A stretch of DNA of 16,781 nt, taken from NCBI GenBank assembly GCA_934168005.1, contig CAKPMN010000019.1:1-16781 (forward strand). Direction: 5' to 3'. The notes beneath the pieces are model-generated. The model was not told where the DNA came from. It was given only the letters and a program-made list of their open reading frames with translations, and did not search any database. This stretch comes from an uncultured Bacilli bacterium. GTDB lineage: Bacteria; Bacillota_I; Bacilli_A; RF39; UBA660. Shown piece by piece: positions 1-8,034 of this stretch; position 1 is the first letter of the stretch; every line of letters starts with the position of its first letter. The translations under genes were made by a program, and so were the position numbers.

Positions 1-126
1 CTTTAATACAAAGTATTTTTCTATTTCATCATCATTTTCTACTACATGTTTCCAAAAATAAAAAGAATTGTTGTTGGCAGTTTTTCCAACATTTTCACCA
101 AATAACCAAATATATTTATTTTCCAT
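1..126 (-). CDS. N-terminal 42 codons of a probable CDP-glycerol glycerophosphotransferase (TagB/TagF family), truncated by the window edge
   Basis: ATG at 126-124 follows AAGGAAG. The translation MENKYIWLFGENVGKTANNNSFYFWKHVVENDDEIEKYFVLK stays open to position 1. The IWLFGE...(D/N)N..(F/Y)F(W/F)K pattern resembles TagF-family N-termini. This ORF is too short to appear in the supplied track. Confidence 0.4.
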   Translation of the reverse strand, partial: MENKYIWLFGENVGKTANNNSFYFWKHVVENDDEIEKYFVLK

Positions 127-176
127 ATTATCTTCCTTTGCTCATATATTGTAACATTAAATAATAACCAATAAAA

Positions 177-199
177 GATTAAAACTTAAAATTTTAATC
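177..199 (-). terminator. Weak AT-only hairpin terminator after gpsA
   Basis: gattaaaa (177-184) pairs with ttttaatc (192-199) around a 7-nt loop. On the minus strand it is followed by CTTTTATT. The gpsA stop codon (194-196) lies inside the stem. Confidence 0.35.
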
Positions 200-1165
200 T
201 TTTTCTACCAAAAATGTCAATAACTCTGTTGGTTGTTTTTTATTAAAAATAATATCATATATAAGTGTTATCATTGGTATATCTGCATTTTTGTTTTTTA
301 GTAGTTGATGAATTGACTTTACAGTATATAATCCTTCTATTGTATGTGTATTTATATACTCATCTATTTTTTCTTTTGATTCTGTTACTAATGTATATCC
401 AAATGAAAAGTTTCTACTTTTTTTAGTTGTACATGTTAGTAATAAATCTCCAAAACCTGCGAATGACAAAATTGTTTTTTTGTCTCCTCCTAATACATCT
501 ATTATTTCTTTTATATCATGAAGAGATTCTGTTATAAACATTGCCTTTGTAGATTCGTTAGCATTTAATCCTGATAACATACCTGATGCGATAGCAATTA
601 CATTTTTTATTGCTCCACATACTTCTGTTCCTACTATGTCATTATTTTCTCTTAGTTTAAAATAACGGTTTTCTAAAGCTTTCTTAGTAAGCGATATCAC
701 TTCATCATTTGTTGACGCAATGGATAAACCTATAGGCATCTTTTCTACTATGTCAACGGCAAAAGATGGCCCTGATATTACTCCTATCTTATCAGTTTTT
801 ATGTAGTTTGAAACAACATCATTTAAAAATAGACATGTGTCATTTTCTATTCCCTTTGATGCGATTATAATTGCTTGATCATCTATATATTGTGCTAATT
901 CTTTAGAAATATCATCTATAAAAGGTGCTGGTACGGCTAATATTATTAAATCGGCATCTTTTACTGTTTCTTTCATATCACAAGAAAATTTTATTTTCTC
1001 TGGTATCACAAAATTTGGAATTAATTTTTCGTTTTTTCTTGTATTTGTTAGTAAATCTCTTTCTTGTTCAAATTTTGTCCACATCATTACTTCATGATTG
1101 TTATTATATATTGTATAACCTAAAGCTAATCCATAAGCTCCTGACCCTAAAATTGCTACTTTCAT
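194..1165 (-). CDS. gpsA: NAD(P)H-dependent glycerol-3-phosphate dehydrogenase
   Basis: 323 aa. N-terminal Rossmann motif MKVAILGSGAYGLAL, and full-length resemblance to GpsA (GPSFA, NVIAIASG). Its start overlaps the upstream stop as ATGA (1162-1165). Confidence 0.93.
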   Translation of the reverse strand: MKVAILGSGAYGLALGYTIYNNNHEVMMWTKFEQERDLLTNTRKNEKLIPNFVIPEKIKFSCDMKETVKDADLIILAVPAPFIDDISKELAQYIDDQAIIIASKGIENDTCLFLNDVVSNYIKTDKIGVISGPSFAVDIVEKMPIGLSIASTNDEVISLTKKALENRYFKLRENNDIVGTEVCGAIKNVIAIASGMLSGLNANESTKAMFITESLHDIKEIIDVLGGDKKTILSFAGFGDLLLTCTTKKSRNFSFGYTLVTESKEKIDEYINTHTIEGLYTVKSIHQLLKNKNADIPMITLIYDIIFNKKQPTELLTFLVEKD

Positions 1166-1578
1166 ATTTTCTCCTTTTTAAATACTATTAATTTGCTTAA
1201 AATGTAGTTTACTATTGTAACTACTACTTGTACTAATAATTTTGCTATTTTATCATTCATTTTAAATAATGATACTGTTATAAACATTATTAGCATATCT
1301 AACAATAAACTAAATATTCTAGATGATACAAATTTTGTTAATTCTTTCAATTTATTGTTGTTATTACTTTTAAATACATATCTTCTATTAGTAATATATG
1401 CAAAGGCTACTGCACAAATCCATGAGAGAATATTAGCTACTTGTAATTCTAATGGATTATTTGGATTTAAAATAGTTGAAGCAAAAAGATAGTATGTCGA
1501 TAGAGATACTACTGTCGTTAATACTCCTACTATTAGATAATTAATTATTTCTTCATATTTTTTGTATAAATTCTTCAT
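1162..1578 (-). CDS. GtrA-family small polytopic membrane protein
   Basis: 138 aa with four predicted TM helices. Typical GtrA size and pattern (YLIVG..TT.., NRRYVFKS between TM2 and TM3). RBS GGTGA lies upstream. Translationally coupled to gpsA. Confidence 0.75.
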   Translation of the reverse strand: MKNLYKKYEEIINYLIVGVLTTVVSLSTYYLFASTILNPNNPLELQVANILSWICAVAFAYITNRRYVFKSNNNNKLKELTKFVSSRIFSLLLDMLIMFITVSLFKMNDKIAKLLVQVVVTIVNYILSKLIVFKKEKI

Positions 1579-1593
1579 ATTTCACCTATATAA

Positions 1594-1622
1594 ACTTTAT
1601 CACAAATTACACTTTTCTTCAA
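1594..1622 (-). promoter_or_regulatory. Sigma-A-like promoter for the gtrA-like/gpsA operon
   Basis: Minus strand reads TTGAAG (1622-1617), a 17-nt spacer, then TAAAGT (1599-1594), preceded by a TGn extended -10. Confidence 0.45.
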
Positions 1623-1628
1623 CTTAAA

Positions 1629-1649
1629 AAGCATTCTTAAAGAATGCTT
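1629..1649 (-). terminator. Intrinsic terminator of the HerA-like gene
   Basis: Perfect 9-bp stem aagcattct / agaatgctt with a 3-nt loop. On the minus strand it is followed by TTTTAAGTT. The stop codon (1648-1650) lies inside the stem. Confidence 0.6.
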
Positions 1650-3399
1650 ATGCTTTCCATCTATTTTCTACATCACAGTTTGAACTATGTGGTGGAGGTG
1701 ATGGAGGATCCATTTTTATAATCATTGGAATTGTAAATGCCTTACCAAATCCAACACATGTACCTGGTTGTAAACTTTTTTGTTTTTCTATTATTTCTTG
1801 ATTAATGTTTGGTAACATTTTTCTAATGTATTCTAGATCTCTTGGGTGATTCATTTTAAATATTAAGAAATTTGAACATTGTGATATAACTGTTTCTGAT
1901 ATTTCAACTGGTCTTTGTGAAATAAGATTGAATATTAATCCATATTTTCTTCCTTCTTTTGCAACCCTATCAAATATGTTATATCCAAGTAAAAATTTAT
2001 CATTATCATTTTGAACATATCTATGAGCTTCTTCTAAAAATATATGGAATGGAATAGAAGCTCTTACTTTTAATCCTTTTGTAAATGCAAACAACATTTT
2101 TGTGTATATTTTTGTTATTACTTTAGCTAATCTATCTTCTATATCTTCTAAGTTAAAGTTTATTATTTGAGCTTTTTTTCCTGGAGCGTATGTTACTAAT
2201 GAAGCTATGTAGTTTTCTAATGAAATATATTCTGGATAATGGAAGTATTTTTCATCTTCTCCTATAGCTAATGAGTGAAGTCTAACTTTTAAAGCTATTG
2301 CTTCACTATATGTTTTTTCATTTCTAAGTAATCCTTCTGATATTAAAGTAAAATTCAAAGCTTTTTCTAAATCATTTAATGTAAAGAAATGTCTTTCTTG
2401 TGATTCATATTTATCTAAGTTATCATCAATAAATTCAGAAATATATTGTGTAACTAAAATACTTTCTACAAATGATCCATCTTTATCTATTATGAAACAT
2501 TCTCTGAATTTTCTTACGTATCCAATTCCTTGAACTGGGGCTTCCAAATTAAATTGTGGTGTTGAACATGTAGCTAGTATTGAAAATATATCATTTCTCT
2601 TACTAGATGCATTTTGGTTTGTATATAGTATTGTCATTATTGCTTTAGCTATCAAGTGATTTTTATATCTTATGGCCATTTCGTTTGATTCTGAGAACAC
2701 TCTAACTAATTTTAGCATTTCTTCTATTATTGGTATTTGAGCATGATCTGTTGCATCTAATAAAAGAGCCATATCGTCTACATCTAAAAGCCACAATGGT
2801 ATTGATAATATATTTCCTTCTTTGTCATTGATATTAGTTGTATAGTATTTAAAATAAAAATTTGGATTTATCTTGTTTATATCTTTAAAAGCTGTATGAT
2901 ATTCTCCATATGCATCAAATATAAAGAAATTTGATCTTATTGGTACAACATTTTTATTTTCAAAAACATTTTGCATTAATCTTGCAAGTCCCCATGATTT
3001 ACCAGATCCTGTATTACCAAAAATTGCTGAATGGTTTGAAAACATATCATTTACATCTATATATAATGGGTAATCATCATATAGAGGAGACTTTCCTATT
3101 AACATTGATGATGGTGTCTCCTTACCGACAATAAGTCCAAATTCTTCTTTTGTTATTAATCTTACAGCAGCTGATAAGCTAGGTTTTCTAATTACTCCGC
3201 CTAAAAATCGTCCATCTTTTATTTCACCTAAAAATCTTACCTTAATAAGTTCCATATCCATATCTTCAACTTCACCAACTATTTTTTTATTTGGGTCGTC
3301 AAAGATGATATGCATATTCATCATATCTTGAGCTAGTACATCGCCTTCTACTTTAATATGAGCAACATTGTCTGAAATGTATATAATTTTTCCAATCAT
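1648..3399 (-). CDS. HerA/DUF87-family P-loop ATPase (FtsK-HerA superfamily)
   Basis: 583 aa. N-terminal HAS-barrel-like segment (IGKIIYISDNVAHIKVEGD...VGEVEDM). Walker A FGNTGSGKSW, Walker B FHIFLEEAHRYV, and the typical EGRKYGLIFNLISQRPVEISETVISQCSNFLIFKM block. RBS AAGGGGA sits 13 nt after the ylxM stop. Confidence 0.8.
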   Translation of the reverse strand: MIGKIIYISDNVAHIKVEGDVLAQDMMNMHIIFDDPNKKIVGEVEDMDMELIKVRFLGEIKDGRFLGGVIRKPSLSAAVRLITKEEFGLIVGKETPSSMLIGKSPLYDDYPLYIDVNDMFSNHSAIFGNTGSGKSWGLARLMQNVFENKNVVPIRSNFFIFDAYGEYHTAFKDINKINPNFYFKYYTTNINDKEGNILSIPLWLLDVDDMALLLDATDHAQIPIIEEMLKLVRVFSESNEMAIRYKNHLIAKAIMTILYTNQNASSKRNDIFSILATCSTPQFNLEAPVQGIGYVRKFRECFIIDKDGSFVESILVTQYISEFIDDNLDKYESQERHFFTLNDLEKALNFTLISEGLLRNEKTYSEAIALKVRLHSLAIGEDEKYFHYPEYISLENYIASLVTYAPGKKAQIINFNLEDIEDRLAKVITKIYTKMLFAFTKGLKVRASIPFHIFLEEAHRYVQNDNDKFLLGYNIFDRVAKEGRKYGLIFNLISQRPVEISETVISQCSNFLIFKMNHPRDLEYIRKMLPNINQEIIEKQKSLQPGTCVGFGKAFTIPMIIKMDPPSPPPHSSNCDVENRWKA

Positions 3400-3412
3400 A
3401 TTAATCCCCTTC

Positions 3413-3697
3413 TTATAATATTTCTTCTATTTTATCCTTTAAATCTGATTCTTTTATTAATTCTTTTATTTTATTATTCTTTTCATATATTTTTAGTGTT
3501 TTTTCATAAAATAAAAGTTTTTCTTCTGTTTCTTTTATACTTTTATGAATAGCATTTCTCGTTACGTTGTTATTTTCACTTATTTCTTGTAATGTATAAT
3601 TATTAAAATAATAATCAATAAAGTATTCTTTTTGTTTTTCTGTAAATAAATCTCCATATATATCAAATAAGTTTATTAAATAAATTGTCTTTTCCAT
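3413..3697 (-). CDS. ylxM: YlxM/UPF0122 putative HTH protein associated with SRP genes
   Basis: LFDIYGDLFTEKQKEYFIDYYFNNYTLQEISENNNVTRNAIHKSIKETEEKL matches the YlxM pattern. I place the start at ATG 3697 (MEKTIYLINLF...). That start overlaps the stop of the upstream ORF as TAATG and gives 94 aa, the usual family size, rather than the 111-aa track ORF. Confidence 0.8.
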   Translation of the reverse strand: MEKTIYLINLFDIYGDLFTEKQKEYFIDYYFNNYTLQEISENNNVTRNAIHKSIKETEEKLLFYEKTLKIYEKNNKIKELIKESDLKDKIEEIL

Positions 3698-3939
3698 TAG
3701 CCTATAAGTCCTGCAAGTAAGCATAAAATTCCAACTATTGTATAGCATGATGTCATGCCTCTTTTTTTATATATTGTCGCATTGTTATATGCCATTGAAA
3801 ACATTGTTAAACCTAAAACTATTATTAAAAGAATATAAAACTCTTTCATAAATAATGTTAATATATATGAATATAAAACTCCCATAAATAGTACTGCTTG
3901 CACTAATAAGCTTACTTTATCAATTTTCTTATTTTTCAT
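3697..3939 (-). CDS. Small (80 aa) three-TM membrane protein of unknown function
   Basis: Strong SD (GGAGG, 6-nt spacing) lies inside the ftsY 3' end. It overlaps ftsY by 11 nt and ylxM by 1 nt. Three hydrophobic helices are separated by charged loops. Confidence 0.6.
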   Translation of the reverse strand: MKNKKIDKVSLLVQAVLFMGVLYSYILTLFMKEFYILLIIVLGLTMFSMAYNNATIYKKRGMTSCYTIVGILCLLAGLIG

Positions 3940-4915
3940 CTAAATCCTCCATATCTCCAAATAAGCCGTATATATAGTTTTCTATATCGAAAGGTTTTAA
4001 ATCGTCTTCTTTTTCTCCCATTCCAACATATTTAACTGGTATATTTAAATTTTCTTTTATCGCTAAAACTATTCCACCTTTTGCTGTTCCATCTAGTTTT
4101 GTCAAAACTATTCCTGTTATATTAGTAATCTCTTTGAAGCTTTTGGCTTGACTTATTCCATTTTGACCTGTTGTTGCATCTATTACTAATAATGTCTCGT
4201 GTGGTGCATTTTCTATTTTTGAAGATATTACTTTATTCATTTTTTCTAATTCATTCATTAAATTAACTTTATTTTGAAGACGTCCGGCTGTATCTATTAA
4301 AACAACATCGTATGATTCATTAATGGCTCTATCAAGTGCATCATATATAACACTTGATGGATCTTTATCTATCTCATACGAAATGTCTGTATTTGTTCTT
4401 TTTGACCATTCTATCAATTGTTCTACAGCCCCAGCTCTAAAAGTATCTCCCGCTACTAATAATACTTTTTTGCCTTCTTTTTTTAACTTATTAGCTAATT
4501 TTGCAATTGTTGTTGTTTTACCAACGCCATTTACTCCTACAAATAGTAGTACTGTAGGACCTGCTGGGTTATATTTTATCTTATTTGACAAAATGTCATT
4601 TCCAACATAAATAATAAACATTTCATCTACTATTATTTCTCTTAAGTCTTTTGAATCTTCTATTTTTTCACTGGCTACTCTTTTTTTTAGCCTTTCAATA
4701 AATGACATTACTGTTGATACTCCAATATCACATGTTATTAAAATATCTTCTAATTCTTCAAAGTATTCTTCATCTATTTTTTTATGTCGAAGTGTTAGTT
4801 CTGTTAATTTACTTTTCAAATTGTTTCTTGTTTTTTCTAAACCTTTATTATAAACTTCCACTTCTTTTTTATCTTTTTTACTAAGTGCATTTTTTATTCC
4901 AGTAAATAAATTCAT
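3929..4915 (-). CDS. ftsY: Signal recognition particle receptor FtsY
   Basis: 328 aa. SRP-GTPase NG domain motifs GVNGVGKTTT, DTAGR and TKLDGTAKGG, with a short charged N-terminal region. Confidence 0.95.
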   Translation of the reverse strand: MNLFTGIKNALSKKDKKEVEVYNKGLEKTRNNLKSKLTELTLRHKKIDEEYFEELEDILITCDIGVSTVMSFIERLKKRVASEKIEDSKDLREIIVDEMFIIYVGNDILSNKIKYNPAGPTVLLFVGVNGVGKTTTIAKLANKLKKEGKKVLLVAGDTFRAGAVEQLIEWSKRTNTDISYEIDKDPSSVIYDALDRAINESYDVVLIDTAGRLQNKVNLMNELEKMNKVISSKIENAPHETLLVIDATTGQNGISQAKSFKEITNITGIVLTKLDGTAKGGIVLAIKENLNIPVKYVGMGEKEDDLKPFDIENYIYGLFGDMEDLDEK

Positions 4916-4977
4916 ATTATCACTTTCCTTAAATGTAATTTTACTATAAAACTATTTAAAAAACAATCTTTTAAAAG

Positions 4978-5006
4978 TGGACAAATAAAAAAAAATAGTC
5001 TATAAT
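4978..5006 (+). promoter_or_regulatory. Sigma-A-like promoter of rnj
   Basis: TGGACA (4978-4983), a 17-nt spacer, then TATAAT (5001-5006). RBS AAAGGAGA (5036-5043) lies 5 nt before the ATG at 5048. Confidence 0.6.
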
Positions 5007-5047
5007 TAACCTGTTAGTTCACTGAAACAAAAAAGAAAGGAGAATTT

Positions 5048-6763
5048 ATGAAATTTATACAGAGCGAAGATACAAAGATATTTGCGCTTGGTGGTTTAGG
5101 TGAAGTCGGGAAAAATATGTACTGTGTTATGCATGGTAATGAACTTATAATAACAGATGCAGGAATGCTTATGCCTGATAGTAATTTGATGGGTGTTGAT
5201 TATATCATTCCTGATTATACTTTTTTAAAGAAAAACGAGAGTAAAATTAAGGGTTTATTTATTACTCATGGTCATGAAGATCATATTGGTGGTATTCCTT
5301 TTTTACTTCAAATGGTTAATATTCCTGTCATATATGCTCCTAATCAAGCTGCAGGTTTGATTAGAAAAAAACTAGAAGACAGAAATATTCAATACAAAAA
5401 TTTAGTTGTTTATGATGAAAAAACAAGAGTAAAATTTAAAAATATAGAGGTAGAATTTTTTAGAACTACTCACTCTATACCAGATTCTCATGGAATTTGT
5501 ATAACTACTCCAAATGGAGTTATTGTTACAACTGGGGATTTTAAATTTGATTTGACACCTATTGGTCCTATGGCTAATTTACATAAAATGGCCGCTATTG
5601 GAAAACGTGGTGTTACATTACTTTTAAGTGATTCTACTAATGCCTTATCTGAAGGATTTTCTTTAAGTGAATCTTGTGTTGATAATGCCTTATCTGAGAT
5701 TTTTGAACAAAAAAATAGTAGAATTATTATTGCAACTTTCGCTTCAAATATTTATAGATTAAAACATATTGTTGATACATGTCAAAGAAATGGTAGAAAA
5801 ATAGCTATATTTGGTCGCAGTATGCAAAACAATATAGAAATTTCTATAAATGGTGGTTATATAAAAAATAAAGACATATTTATTACACCAGAAGAAGCAA
5901 ATCATTTACCTTTAAATAAAGTTTGTCTTTTATGTACTGGTAGCCAAGGTGAACCATTAGCTGCTTTATCCCGTATTGCTGATGGGTCTCACAAACAAAT
6001 TAAATTACAGAAAGATGATGTTGTTATATTCTCATCTTCTGCTATTCCTGGTAATGCTGCTAGTATTGGAAAAGTTATAAATAAATTATATTTAAAAGGT
6101 GTTGAAGTTTATACTACTTCTTCATTAAGCAATATTCATACTAGTGGACACGCTAACGAAGAAGAATTAAAACTAATGTTCCGACTAATAAAACCTAAAT
6201 ACTTTATGCCATTCCATGGCGAATATCGTATGTTAAAAAAACACGCGGATATTGCAGTTCTTTGTGATATTCCAAAAGAAAATACTTTTGTTTTAGGTAA
6301 CGGTGAAGTTTTATCTATGAGAAAAGGTGTTGTTAAAAAAGCTGGTATTGTCCAAGCTGGCGACACTTATGTAGACGGTAATCGTATTGGTGATGTATCT
6401 GCTTCCATTATTCGTGATCGTAAAGTCATGGCTAATGATGGAATTATAGTTGTTATTGCCAACATAGATGCTTCTAAACCTGCTTTACTTGGAAAAATAA
6501 ATGTTACTACTAGAGGATTTGTTCTTGTTAATGACAATATAGAACTTTTAAATCAAATAGAAAACATTTCCAAAAAAGCTATACTAAACAAATTAAAAAA
6601 ACCTGTAAATTATAATGATGTTAAAGCTGATATTATTTCTAGTGTTTCAAATTATGCTTTTGAAAAGACGGGAAGAAAACCTATAATATTGCCTATCATT
6701 ATGGATATAAAACCTAAACAAAGTAAAAACAAAGATAAAGAAAAAGATATTCTAACTAAATAG
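5048..6763 (+). CDS. rnj: Ribonuclease J (beta-CASP metallo-beta-lactamase RNase)
   Basis: 571 aa, collinear with B. subtilis RNase J1 as I recall it (MKF...FALGGLGE.GKN, ITHGHEDHIGGIP, FRTTHSIPDS, TGDFKFD, LLSDSTN, CTGSQGEP, HTSGH, PFHGEYRM). It carries a Lys-rich C-terminal tail. Confidence 0.95.
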   Translation: MKFIQSEDTKIFALGGLGEVGKNMYCVMHGNELIITDAGMLMPDSNLMGVDYIIPDYTFLKKNESKIKGLFITHGHEDHIGGIPFLLQMVNIPVIYAPNQAAGLIRKKLEDRNIQYKNLVVYDEKTRVKFKNIEVEFFRTTHSIPDSHGICITTPNGVIVTTGDFKFDLTPIGPMANLHKMAAIGKRGVTLLLSDSTNALSEGFSLSESCVDNALSEIFEQKNSRIIIATFASNIYRLKHIVDTCQRNGRKIAIFGRSMQNNIEISINGGYIKNKDIFITPEEANHLPLNKVCLLCTGSQGEPLAALSRIADGSHKQIKLQKDDVVIFSSSAIPGNAASIGKVINKLYLKGVEVYTTSSLSNIHTSGHANEEELKLMFRLIKPKYFMPFHGEYRMLKKHADIAVLCDIPKENTFVLGNGEVLSMRKGVVKKAGIVQAGDTYVDGNRIGDVSASIIRDRKVMANDGIIVVIANIDASKPALLGKINVTTRGFVLVNDNIELLNQIENISKKAILNKLKKPVNYNDVKADIISSVSNYAFEKTGRKPIILPIIMDIKPKQSKNKDKEKDILTK

Positions 6764-6776
6764 AATATCTTTTTTT
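6740..6776. repeat. Copy 1 of a perfect 37-bp direct repeat (gaaaaagatattctaactaaatagaatatcttttttt)
   Basis: Identical to 8011-8047. The flanking bases differ (6739 a vs 8010 t; 6777 g vs 8048 a). Confidence 0.95.
6741..6776. terminator. Bidirectional intrinsic terminator shared by rnj and pilin-like gene 1
   Basis: 14-bp stem aaaaagatattcta / tagaatatcttttt with loop actaaa, an A-tract on the left and a T-tract on the right. The rnj stop TAG (6761-6763) begins the right arm. Confidence 0.8.
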
Positions 6777-6820
6777 GTTTATATAAAAACTTTTTAATGA
6801 TAAATATTACACAGTTAATC

Positions 6821-7714
6821 TTAACTATTTTTAGTTACATAAACATCATATAATGTATATGTTAATCTCATAGCGGCATATGAATCTTTATTTGCATGAT
6901 AACAAGCTCCTATAGTTAATATTCCTGTTGAAGCATTATAACTTTTTGTCCAAGTTTGATATGAAACATATTGAGATTCATTATAAATATATTGTGATGC
7001 TGTATTAAGTGGTGTAATAATAAAATCTGCTGCTGTTAGTTTTTCATACCCATCAATACTTGTGCAATTAATGGTTACTTTATTAATCGATGATGCTTTA
7101 GATGCTACTTTTTTCCAAGTTGATAGATTCCCACTTTGTTCTTTTGATCCTGTTATAAGATTTCCCTGAACAACAGCTGTTTTCCCCTTAGTTATATCGT
7201 CTTCTGTTGCATTTCCTTTTGATTTTAGATCATTTAGTTCATTTTGTAAACTTGATATTTGATTTTTTAATATATCAACATCACTTATAATTGTAAAATC
7301 TCCAGTTTCTCCATCATATGAACATATCCCTTTTCCAGTAGTTAGATTCGTATCATTGACATTTTTATATGCATAGTTGGTGTTATCATCTATGCATAAT
7401 GCCACTTCTCCCTTGTTTGTTAATATCAATTTACCATTTTGAATATTACCTTTGTATTCTAAAAGTTCATTATTTGAACTAGTTTGCTTACCGTTTGAAA
7501 AATTATATTCAATTTTATCAAAGTCAGAATTTTTTATCATTGTTTGTGCGTAATAATAATTAGCTGATTCTATTAAACCATATGCAGAATCTTTTAAAGC
7601 ATTTTTTTTACCTTCTTGTACCATTCTATTTATTGTCGGTACAGCAACCAATGCGATTATAGCTAATATTACAATGACTGCTAGTAATTCAACTAATGTA
7701 AACCCTTTTTTCAT
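6821..7714 (-). CDS. Type IV prepilin-like protein with a large non-pilin C-terminal region
   Basis: MKKGFTLVELLAVIVILAIIALVAVP is a class III signal: a short basic leader, G|F cleavage site, Glu at +5 and a hydrophobic helix. I place the start at ATG 7714 (297 aa). The track's TTG at 7732 lies only 5 nt from the predicted -10. The C-terminal part has a coiled-coil-like stretch (ILKNQISSLQNELNDLKSKG) and a beta-rich tail. Confidence 0.8.
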   Translation of the reverse strand: MKKGFTLVELLAVIVILAIIALVAVPTINRMVQEGKKNALKDSAYGLIESANYYYAQTMIKNSDFDKIEYNFSNGKQTSSNNELLEYKGNIQNGKLILTNKGEVALCIDDNTNYAYKNVNDTNLTTGKGICSYDGETGDFTIISDVDILKNQISSLQNELNDLKSKGNATEDDITKGKTAVVQGNLITGSKEQSGNLSTWKKVASKASSINKVTINCTSIDGYEKLTAADFIITPLNTASQYIYNESQYVSYQTWTKSYNASTGILTIGACYHANKDSYAAMRLTYTLYDVYVTKNS

Positions 7715-7736
7715 ATTATCCCTTACTTTCAACTAA

Positions 7737-7765
7737 ATATTACACTATACGACGTTAAATGTCAA
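7737..7765 (-). promoter_or_regulatory. Near-consensus sigma-A promoter of pilin-like gene 1
   Basis: Minus strand reads TTGACA (7765-7760), a 17-nt spacer, then TAATAT (7742-7737). RBS AAGGGA lies before ATG 7714. Confidence 0.6.
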
Positions 7766-7812
7766 TATGATTAAAATTTAAAACATGTGATAATAAAATT
7801 AGGTGGTGTATA

Positions 7813-8034
7813 GTGATAAAAGAGAAAAGAATGTTGCTAAATTATACACAAAGTGATATGGCTAACTTACTTGGAATTAGTATCCGTCAATATCAGAGAA
7901 TAGATACAGAAGAAGATATACCTAGAAGAGATGTATTAAAAAATCTTATTAAGATTCTAGATTTAAATAATGAAGAAATTGGTGAATATATTAGGAAAAT
8001 TATTAACAATGAAAAAGATATTCTAACTAAATAG
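7813..8034 (+). CDS. Small XRE-family helix-turn-helix transcriptional regulator
   Basis: 73 aa. IKEKRMLLNYTQSDMANLLGISIRQYQRID fits the XRE HTH pattern. GTG start lies 6 nt after AGGTGG (7801-7806). An extended -10 TGTGATAAT sits at 7786-7794. The last 7 codons and the stop lie in repeat copy 2. Confidence 0.7.
   Translation: MIKEKRMLLNYTQSDMANLLGISIRQYQRIDTEEDIPRRDVLKNLIKILDLNNEEIGEYIRKIINNEKDILTK

Noticed and set aside
925-1191. 88-aa plus-strand ORF antisense to gpsA and the gtrA-like gene
   Set aside because: It lies wholly inside well-supported minus-strand genes. It is Leu/Phe/Tyr-rich as expected from reading AT-rich DNA antisense, and has no RBS. The same applies to the track ORFs at 2931-3134, 4323-4610, 4702-4884, 6136-6366, 8181-8369, 8570-8818, 9147-9407 and 11305-11499.
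1648-3399. HerA-like ATPase as part of an anti-phage defence system (Sir2-HerA or DUF4297-HerA type)
   Set aside because: There is no Sir2, DUF4297, NurA or other effector gene adjacent. The gene is embedded in a housekeeping operon with a terminator right after it. I kept it as a context oddity, not a defence call.
3698-3748. Longer ylxM ORF starting at 3748
   Set aside because: The extra 17 codons lie entirely inside the 80-aa membrane ORF in another frame. ATG 3697 forms a TAATG stop/start junction and gives the normal YlxM length.
7715-7732. TTG start at 7732 for pilin-like gene 1 (MKVRDN extension)
   Set aside because: It would sit 5 nt from the predicted -10 hexamer and would lengthen the leader unusually. 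ATG 7714 gives the canonical short MKKG|F leader with an upstream AAGGGA.
6777-8010. Calling the repeat-flanked segment a transposon, IS or integrative element
   Set aside because: There is no transposase, integrase or recombinase ORF and no terminal inverted repeats. Only the direct duplication is observed, so I report it as an insertion/duplication signature without naming an element class.
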